Below, one piece after another: positions 57,677 to 64,000 of a stretch of DNA of 64,000 nucleotides. The notes beneath the pieces were generated by a model, which saw only the letters and a program-made list of their open reading frames with translations, did not search any database and was not told the DNA's origin. The stretch's first letter is position 1. Each line of letters starts with the position of its first letter. The stretch is from an uncultured Candidatus Saccharibacteria bacterium (lineage in GTDB: Bacteria; Patescibacteriota; Minisyncoccia; Phycocordibacterales; Phycocordibacteraceae): the NCBI GenBank assembly GCA_964546795.1, contig CAZJKG010000002.1, positions 6,307 through 70,306 on the forward strand, written 5' to 3'. A program made the position numbers and the translations under genes.

Positions 57677-57727
57677 CACATCGATCTGCAAAATCGACAT
57701 GCGCGGGTTCGATTCCCGCTCGGGCCT
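57656..57727 (+). tRNA. tRNA-Cys (GCA)
   Basis: GGCCCGA/TCGGGCC acceptor stem, TCGAT-CTGCAAA-ATCGA anticodon arm, GTTCGAT. Confidence 0.92.
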
Positions 57728-57757
57728 CATGCGCGAAAAGTTGTACTATAGAAAAAT

Positions 57758-57844
57758 GCCGAGGTGGCGGAATGGTAGACGTCAGAGACTTAAAATCTCT
57801 TGCTGCGTAAAAGTGGCGTGTGGGTTCGACTCCCACCCTCGGCA
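57758..57844 (+). tRNA. tRNA-Leu (TAA)
   Basis: GCCGAGG/CCTCGGC acceptor stem, CTTAAAA loop, long variable arm, GTTCGAC. Confidence 0.93.
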
Positions 57845-57850
57845 CAAAAC

Positions 57851-58678
57851 ATGCAAAAGAAGAGACATGTACGCATAGGAATTTTTGATTCCGGATTCGG
57901 AGGACTGCATATCTCGCGCTTTATAGTGAAAACCTTGCCGCAGTACGATTATGTATATGTAGGCGATACCGCTCGCGCTCCCTATGGGCACCGATCGCAG
58001 GAAACCATATACGCCTATACGAAACAAGGAGTGGAGTTTCTCTTCAGACATGGATGCGGAATTGTCATCATCGCCTGCAATACCTCATCAAGCGAAGCGC
58101 TCCGCATGGTGCAGCAGAAATATCTTAGGATGTCCGGCGCGAAGAAAAAAATACTCGGCGTGCTCATCCCCGCGGCGGAAGACGCTGTAGAAAAAACAAA
58201 AAATAAAAGGGTCGGCGTTATCGCGACGGAGGCGACCGTCGCATCCCGCGCATTCGTCCGCGAACTTACAAAACTCGACCCGAACGTGCAGGTATTCCAG
58301 AAGGCCTGTCCGCTATTAGTCCCGCTCATAGAGGCGGGAAAGCAGAACTCCAGAGAGACGAAGCTCGTGCTTGAAAAATATCTCCGCCCGCTCATTCGCA
58401 AGAAGATAGATGTGCTTATCCTCGGTTGTACGCATTACGGCATCGTAGAAAAGGAGATTCGCAGTATCGTCGGGCCGCATATCGCCCTCATATCCGAGGC
58501 CAAGATCGTACCGAAGAAATTAGAACAGTATCTGCGCAAGCACAGCGATATTGAAAAAACGTTCAGTAAGGGCTCGGGTATCCGTTTTTATTCAACCGAC
58601 CGTACCGACAGCTTCAGGGTTATCGGGAGCAGATTTTTCGGGAAAAAGATACGGGTTGAAAAAGCGACCCTGCAATAA
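57851..58678 (+). CDS. murI: Glutamate racemase
   Basis: IGIFDSGFGGL, DTARAPYG, IACNT, LGCTHY. Confidence 0.96.
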   Translation: MQKKRHVRIGIFDSGFGGLHISRFIVKTLPQYDYVYVGDTARAPYGHRSQETIYAYTKQGVEFLFRHGCGIVIIACNTSSSEALRMVQQKYLRMSGAKKKILGVLIPAAEDAVEKTKNKRVGVIATEATVASRAFVRELTKLDPNVQVFQKACPLLVPLIEAGKQNSRETKLVLEKYLRPLIRKKIDVLILGCTHYGIVEKEIRSIVGPHIALISEAKIVPKKLEQYLRKHSDIEKTFSKGSGIRFYSTDRTDSFRVIGSRFFGKKIRVEKATLQ

Positions 58679-58681
58679 ACG

Positions 58682-58767
58682 TGGTGCTGGGGAGAGGAAT
58701 CGAACCTCCAATGGATTGCTCCACATGGTCCTAAGCCATGCGCGTCTACCAATTTCGCCACCCCAGC
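58682..58767 (-). tRNA. tRNA-Leu (TAG)
   Basis: GCTGGGG/CCCCAGC acceptor stem, CATGG-CTTAGGA-CCATG anticodon arm, encoded CCA. Confidence 0.94.
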
Positions 58768-58898
58768 GCTTCCAAAGCATACTATGTTCTGCTATATTTT
58801 TCCTTACGTGCGCGCCTATATCTTCATCTTCCCAGATTCGATATAGCCGCTCGTTCGGAGAACAAGAATCCGAGAATGCATTCTCGTTTCCTCACTTC

Positions 58899-58971
58899 GC
58901 GCCTATAGCTCAGTTGGTAGAGCAGCTCCCTCTTAAGGAGACGGTCCCTGGTTCGAATCCAGGTAGGCGCA
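58899..58971 (+). tRNA. tRNA-Lys (CTT)
   Basis: GCGCCTA/TAGGCGC acceptor stem, AGCTCAGTTGGTAGAGC D-arm, CTCTTAA loop, GTTCGAAT. Confidence 0.94.
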
Positions 58972-59067
58972 CCTTGACTTTCTAAAAGTTTCCTGTATTC
59001 TGCAAGGCAGAAAACGGTTCGTTCCATCACCCATATTGATTAAAATCAAACAGAAGGAGGATGCTCT

Positions 59068-60363
59068 ATGTCGACAAAAGTGGTCGAAAATTGGCGCACA
59101 AACGCCAAAAAAGATCTCGAGGAAATGATAGTGAAATTGGACGAGGAGTTCGAAGCGGAAAAGAAAGAAATTAAGAAACAGAAGGCGAAGGATGCCTCAC
59201 TCTATGAACCAGCTGACCGGTATTACTGGGCTACAGTCGCGCTGTACGTCTTCACGCAAGTGATACTGGGGCTTCTTGTATCGCTTCCATTAACAACGGA
59301 AGTGGTGTCAATGGGAATTCCGGTCAACATTGGCGTGACAGCTCTACTGTTGCAAACCCTCCACTTCATCGGCTCCTTCCGCTCGATCAAAGTTGATGAT
59401 CTGGCTGGCTTCACCCTCTTCGGCCGACCGTGGTATGTTCCGAAACCGGGGCTCTATCTTGTCCCACTGTGGATCTTAAAAGTTATCCGAGCGAGTCGGA
59501 ATTACAAGGACAAACGTTTCCCTGGTCCAGCGGACAAAATCTTTCGGATTAGCTCAACGTTGCAGGATACTCGTGTGGGTGGTGATATTCCTCCTGAAGG
59601 CATGGTTCGCCCCATCTTCGTGATGACCGGGGAGCCGAAGTTAACCGAGGAAGATGAAAAGAAACTCAAAGATAACGGAGGAGCGAATCCTCTCGACCGG
59701 CAACTCTCGGCGGAGATAGCATATTTCGTTCGCTATCGCCCGGATCAGGAGTATGGCGGCATCTTCCGTATCGCCCGCAACCTTTCTGCACAGATCGGGG
59801 ATATTGATGAACGAATCTTGGACCTCGTGCAGGAACAGTCGGAACGCGATATGAAGGCCGTTCTCTCGCGTCATACGCCAGCAACGATCATCGAGAACTG
59901 GGACATCATCAACAAGGTCTTCGTTTTGAAACTTCGGTTGGCGGTCATGCGGCTCGGTATTGATGTTGATAAGAATGGCGGTGGACTCGACGACTTAAAC
60001 CTCAGTCATAAAACCAACGATGCGCAAGCAGAGGTGACACGAGAACAATTCAGAAAACATGCGACGATAACCAAGGCCGAAGCCGAAAAGATTAAACGCC
60101 AAAAAGAACGCGAAGGCGATGCTGCGGGAGAATTGGCGTGGCTTACCGCTGAGGCGGAGGGTCGTAAGAAAATGAAGGAGGCACTTAAGGTAAAGGGTGA
60201 TGCTGTTCTCGCTTCCGAATCCGTCCGCGGTATATTGGGTTCAACCGATGTGATTCTCGCAGGCGGTGAAGGTGGTATGAGAGACGTAATGACCTTCGTC
60301 AAGGGGGCTCAAAGCGTACTCAACTCTGGCCAGTCCAAACCTCAAACGGTGAAAGGAGCGTAG
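59068..60363 (+). CDS. SPFH/Band-7-like membrane protein
   Basis: Two TM helices, then TLFGRP..PGLY; C-terminal AEA/AE coiled coil; AAGGAGG SD. Confidence 0.65.
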   Translation: MSTKVVENWRTNAKKDLEEMIVKLDEEFEAEKKEIKKQKAKDASLYEPADRYYWATVALYVFTQVILGLLVSLPLTTEVVSMGIPVNIGVTALLLQTLHFIGSFRSIKVDDLAGFTLFGRPWYVPKPGLYLVPLWILKVIRASRNYKDKRFPGPADKIFRISSTLQDTRVGGDIPPEGMVRPIFVMTGEPKLTEEDEKKLKDNGGANPLDRQLSAEIAYFVRYRPDQEYGGIFRIARNLSAQIGDIDERILDLVQEQSERDMKAVLSRHTPATIIENWDIINKVFVLKLRLAVMRLGIDVDKNGGGLDDLNLSHKTNDAQAEVTREQFRKHATITKAEAEKIKRQKEREGDAAGELAWLTAEAEGRKKMKEALKVKGDAVLASESVRGILGSTDVILAGGEGGMRDVMTFVKGAQSVLNSGQSKPQTVKGA

Positions 60364-60365
60364 CA

Positions 60366-61121
60366 ATGAGTATCAGTACTGACGGACTGCTAGGAGCATC
60401 TGTCGTTGTTCTGGTGGTCTACATGATCTACGTATTCGGTACGAAGAAATCTTCCTGGAACCTTCCTTCCCTCGACAAAATCAAAACGCCGACTGTCTCC
60501 GAAAACTGGCTACTCGCTATCAGTGGCGTCCTGGTTCTCCTTTGGGGCATGTACACCCCGGGACTACGACCATCAGAGATAGGACAGTTTGGCTCTCGGT
60601 ATTGGTTGCAGATCGTCATCGGATGGGGTATCTTCGCTGCTCTCATTGCCCTCAACAAAGAGGTCTTTGGAACAGCGACAAAAACGCTTCAGGGAGTGCT
60701 GGCGGGAATTGTGTTCTTTCTCCTTGTCGGCTTTCCGACATGGTCCTGGATTTCGGGACCCAGTGGAACACTCGCTGTCAAAACTGTGGCTCAGGCACCG
60801 TTAAAGGAGCCAGCGCAAATTCTGCCGCAGAACGCGCCGAAGCTTCCGTTGGCAAAAGACCTGAAACAGGAAGAGTGGCCGCAACTGGTCTTGGCGGAAG
60901 ATGGAGAATCGGAACGTATTCCCATCCCATTCAAAATGCGTGTAGTGACGTTTGGAGAAGATTTCCGCGTCCACTGCGTGTATCGAGATGGGCATGAGAT
61001 TGACTTTGGCAAAGGGGAGGAGCCGTGTCCAGACGGCGATATGCCCTACGTCTACGTGACGAACGAGGCAGAAGGGCCGAATATGATCTCCTACGCCTAC
61101 GCTCCGATTGGAAGTTCCTAA
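60366..61121 (+). CDS. Hypothetical membrane protein
   Basis: Four TM segments plus a soluble domain with a Cys pair; starts 2 nt after the upstream stop; terminator at 61151-61190. Confidence 0.7.
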   Translation: MSISTDGLLGASVVVLVVYMIYVFGTKKSSWNLPSLDKIKTPTVSENWLLAISGVLVLLWGMYTPGLRPSEIGQFGSRYWLQIVIGWGIFAALIALNKEVFGTATKTLQGVLAGIVFFLLVGFPTWSWISGPSGTLAVKTVAQAPLKEPAQILPQNAPKLPLAKDLKQEEWPQLVLAEDGESERIPIPFKMRVVTFGEDFRVHCVYRDGHEIDFGKGEEPCPDGDMPYVYVTNEAEGPNMISYAYAPIGSS

Positions 61122-61204
61122 AGTTCTTTTGATTTGAAAGGAGGTTTTCGAAGGGCCGCGCGACTAAAAATCGTGCGGCCTTTCTCTTTTTCTATTCACT
61201 GCCC

Positions 61205-61474
61205 CTATGGCGAAATCTTGTGTATCGGTGAAATGCCGAATGTCCCAAGCGCGAGATTGATGATGCCGTACGCACCGAAGATGATGACGAGGCCGATGAG
61301 GCCCCAGAAGATAGCGCTCTTGCCCTCCTCACGCTTCCCTTCGTCCCCCGCCTGCCGGATGAACTCAAACACGCCCCACAGGAATACGACAAACGCGCCC
61401 GCGATGAGCAGCAGAATAATCGGATTGATAATCTGGACGACGACTTTCTGGAGAAACTCGTTGAGAACGGGCAT
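61205..61474 (-). CDS. TrbC/VirB2-like pilin
   Basis: FLWGVFEFI..GKSAIFWGLIGLVII. Confidence 0.8.
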   Translation of the reverse strand: MPVLNEFLQKVVVQIINPIILLLIAGAFVVFLWGVFEFIRQAGDEGKREEGKSAIFWGLIGLVIIFGAYGIINLALGTFGISPIHKISP

Positions 61475-61484
61475 TTATCTAATA

Positions 61485-61856
61485 TCAAATTCCAAAAGGC
61501 GCTTTCGGTATACCACCGGTTGGCGCTCCACTAGTAAAACCAGTGGTACCAGTGAGGATATTCACGAGACCCCATACCGAGATCATAACGAAAAAACCGA
61601 TGAGGCCCCAGAGCATGAGATTCTTCCCTTTCTCCCTTACCTCTTCATTGTTGGCACCCAGAATGAAGGTATCGAACGCGCCCCACAAGAACACGATGAA
61701 AGCGACTGCGAAGAGCACTGGGACAAGAACATTGTTGATAGTATTGATAACAAGCGAACCAGCAGTCGAGAGATTGGTGGGCGTTTGAGCCAAAGAAACG
61801 AGCGGTAGAGCGAATGCAGCGAGTGTTCCCGAAAATATAGCGAGGGCTTTTTTCAT
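61485..61856 (-). CDS. TrbC/VirB2-like pilin
   Basis: Signal peptide; FLWGAF..GKNLMLWGLIGFFVMISVWGLV. Confidence 0.82.
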   Translation of the reverse strand: MKKALAIFSGTLAAFALPLVSLAQTPTNLSTAGSLVINTINNVLVPVLFAVAFIVFLWGAFDTFILGANNEEVREKGKNLMLWGLIGFFVMISVWGLVNILTGTTGFTSGAPTGGIPKAPFGI

Positions 61857-61937
61857 AGTATGGGTAAGTGGATAACGAAGTAATTGTAACGTTCCTCTAG
61901 ACAGAGTCAACTATACCTTCCCGTCTCGTGGGGATAG

Positions 61938-62228
61938 CTACAGTTTTGGATACGGGGGCGCACCGCCGCCCGGCACGAGCCAGAACGTGGCATTAACGAT
62001 CGCCACCAACCCCCAAAGAGAAAGAATAACGACGAAGCCAATGATGCCCCAAAGGACGAACTGCCGGCCCGTCTGACGCTCGGTGTCGCTCGCCGCACCG
62101 AGAATAAAATACTTGTAGACACCCCACAGGAAAGTGATGAATGCTATGGCTATCAAGGCCGGAACGAGAAGAACATTGATGATGTAGAGGATGTCACCCC
62201 CGTATTTTTGCAAAGGCATCAAATTCAT
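61938..62228 (-). CDS. TrbC/VirB2-like pilin
   Basis: FLWGVYKYF..GRQFVLWGIIGFVVILSLWGLV. Confidence 0.8.
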   Translation of the reverse strand: MNLMPLQKYGGDILYIINVLLVPALIAIAFITFLWGVYKYFILGAASDTERQTGRQFVLWGIIGFVVILSLWGLVAIVNATFWLVPGGGAPPYPKL

Positions 62229-62239
62229 AACAAAACAGA

Positions 62240-62725
62240 TTACCGGACCGGCGGCGGCGGTCCGAATGACGAATAGGACGTCGGTTGGGGCAGTGCAAAA
62301 GAGCCCTGAAGGCCGAATGTGTTAGCAACGACATTCACAAGTCCCCAGAGCGATATCATGACCGCAAATGCAATGAGGCCCCACAGGATGATCTTATGCC
62401 CTTCCTTCACTCTCTCGGGATCTCCTACGGAAAAAATATACGCACGGGCAATGCCATAGAGGAACACGATGAAAGAAACCGCGAAAAGGAGCGGTACCAA
62501 CACGCCATTGATGACGTTAATAATAGTAATCGCGATGCCACTAATACCATACCCTCCTCCGAATCCGCCACCAAATGGCATACCAAAGATGCCATTCGAG
62601 AAAACTTGCGACGAGTACGAACTGATGCCTGGTACCGTATAACTGGTACGCAATTCTTGTGCTGATGTGAAGATTGGCATGAGAAGCACTATGAATACTA
62701 AAGCGACACGAACGACGGGTCTCAT
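62240..62725 (-). CDS. TrbC/VirB2-like pilin with N-terminal extension
   Basis: Signal peptide; FLYGIARAY..GHKIILWGLIAFAVMISLWGLV. Confidence 0.8.
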   Translation of the reverse strand: MRPVVRVALVFIVLLMPIFTSAQELRTSYTVPGISSYSSQVFSNGIFGMPFGGGFGGGYGISGIAITIINVINGVLVPLLFAVSFIVFLYGIARAYIFSVGDPERVKEGHKIILWGLIAFAVMISLWGLVNVVANTFGLQGSFALPQPTSYSSFGPPPPVR

Positions 62726-62744
62726 ATGCGGGAAGTATGACACA

Positions 62745-63014
62745 TCAGGCGGTCGGCGCGATGCCGAGCGTGGATAACAAGATATTCACGAATCCCCATA
62801 CCGAGAAGAGCACTACCATGCCAATAATGCCCCAGAAGACGAATTGTCGTCCTTCGGAGCGCTTCCCTTCATCGCTGCCATGGAGGAAAAAATAGTTCAC
62901 GACACCCCAGATGAAAACCGCAAAAGCGAGAGCAAAAATAACCGGTATGACGACAGTGTTGAAAAGGCCGATGATACCGATGGACCCGCCGCCAACGTAT
63001 TGAGCAAAGGTCAT
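62745..63014 (-). CDS. TrbC/VirB2-like pilin
   Basis: FIWGVVNYF..GRQFVFWGIIGMVVLFSVWGFV. Confidence 0.8.
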   Translation of the reverse strand: MTFAQYVGGGSIGIIGLFNTVVIPVIFALAFAVFIWGVVNYFFLHGSDEGKRSEGRQFVFWGIIGMVVLFSVWGFVNILLSTLGIAPTA

Positions 63015-63035
63015 AATTTTGGCCAACCGGGCATA

Positions 63036-63461
63036 TTAGCCGCCAGTGGAGAGCGCTTGCACGGTCGCCTTAATACCAATGGCGATGACCTTGGCTCCGA
63101 GGAGTATGAGAGCGCCAACGACGGTCCAGAGGAGCATTTGGCGCGCTTCGGTAATTTTGCCCGGTTCGCCACGCGCGGTGACGAATTTGAACCCGACGAA
63201 AACCATCATGAGAATGACGATGACCGGACCGATGGTGTTGGTAATGATGTTCAGAATGCTCAGTAAAAACGAATTGATACTCGTACCTTCGCCGAGCGGA
63301 TTAATGAGTTTGGTGCCGGTATTTCCCCCCGGTTGAAGGAAAGAACCGCCAGTATTTCCCCCGGGAGATACTATGGCAGATTGTGCGTGCTGGGCGGGCG
63401 CAGCGCCCGCCGCGATTATAACGAAAGCGAAAACAAGAAAAAAAATAGTGAAAAAACGCAT
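63036..63461 (-). CDS. TrbC/VirB2-like pilin
   Basis: LINPL, GFKFVTARGEPGKITEARQMLLWTVVGALILLGA. Confidence 0.85.
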   Translation of the reverse strand: MRFFTIFFLVFAFVIIAAGAAPAQHAQSAIVSPGGNTGGSFLQPGGNTGTKLINPLGEGTSINSFLLSILNIITNTIGPVIVILMMVFVGFKFVTARGEPGKITEARQMLLWTVVGALILLGAKVIAIGIKATVQALSTGG

Positions 63462-63463
63462 AA

Positions 63464-64000
63464 TTATTGTTGGAGAAGAGAGCTTAAAGAGCGCGCCGCG
63501 CTCCCAAGCACATCATCGACCGTGGAACGACCGCTTATCACGCTTCCAATCATACCCGAGAAGATGCGATTAACATCGGCAGGTGATGGGGATAGCCATC
63601 CTTTGCTGTAGAGCGCTTCGGCGTACGCGACCGCGGCAATGGGATCGGAGGAGGGAATGTTGGCAAGCTGGCTCAACGTTGCGGGTGCGAGTCCGGTCGC
63701 TCCCGCAGCAAGAGTTTGTTCGGTCGCATTGCTGAAGAGCGCGGCGGCCTGATAAGCGCCGGAGGGATTCTTGGCCCCACGCGGAATCATGAATGCATAC
63801 ACGAGGCCGTAGGCGCTTTTCTCCTTGGCGGTGGCACTTTGCGGCAGAGGCGTCACGTTGAAGTTGAGGTTCGGATTTGCCTCTCGCAGATAGCGTGCAC
63901 GGGACGCGTAGCCGAGATAGAGTGCAAGATCGCCCGCTATAAACATCTGCTCGGAATCCGGCAACGAAGTATTCCAGGTGTAGGAAACCTTGGCTGGATC
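63464..64000 (-). CDS. Extracellular solute-binding-protein-like (C-terminal part; runs off the window)
   Basis: FIAGDLALYLGYAS, NPNLNFNVTPLPQ; frame open toward the window end. Confidence 0.75.
   Translation of the reverse strand, partial: DPAKVSYTWNTSLPDSEQMFIAGDLALYLGYASRARYLREANPNLNFNVTPLPQSATAKEKSAYGLVYAFMIPRGAKNPSGAYQAAALFSNATEQTLAAGATGLAPATLSQLANIPSSDPIAAVAYAEALYSKGWLSPSPADVNRIFSGMIGSVISGRSTVDDVLGSAARSLSSLLQQ

Noticed and set aside
57800-57850. N-terminal extension of MurI in the ORF track
   Set aside because: It overlaps tRNA-Leu(TAA); the real start is ATG57851.
1-64000. CRISPR array or cas genes
   Set aside because: No regularly spaced 25-40 bp repeats with unique spacers and no cas motifs seen.

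Overview
Chromosomal window that most resembles a Patescibacteria/CPR (Parcubacteria-like) genome. This is inferred from a short IF-2, a Zn-free L33, an array of TrbC/VirB2-like pilins, a VirD4-like ATPase, a Cys-repeat surface protein and a free-standing LAGLIDADG gene; standard code 11 fits. Housekeeping genes: uvrB, tgt, dnaX, dus, ftsQ-like, serS, dprA, topA, relA/spoT, parB, ahpC, miaA, rpmG, clpB, iscS-like, infB, rbfA, murI. There are seven tRNAs, a copper/disulfide cluster and an AT-rich islet next to tRNA-Gln. The most striking unexplained structures are: (i) a ~120-bp TIR element in two copies, each inserted at a start codon, carrying a conserved 38-39 aa uORF and regenerating the host ATG; (ii) an ~87-88 nt structured element in front of tRNA-Trp and tRNA-Lys, flanked by a duplication of the tRNA 5' end; (iii) short palindromes inserted in frame in several core proteins; (iv) two expression regimes, leaderless-looking core genes versus about 14 self-contained promoter-SD-ORFan-terminator cassettes; (v) a HEPN-like/sigma-region-4/DnaA-domain-IV fusion gene. 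All calls are by eye from motifs; no database searches were run.
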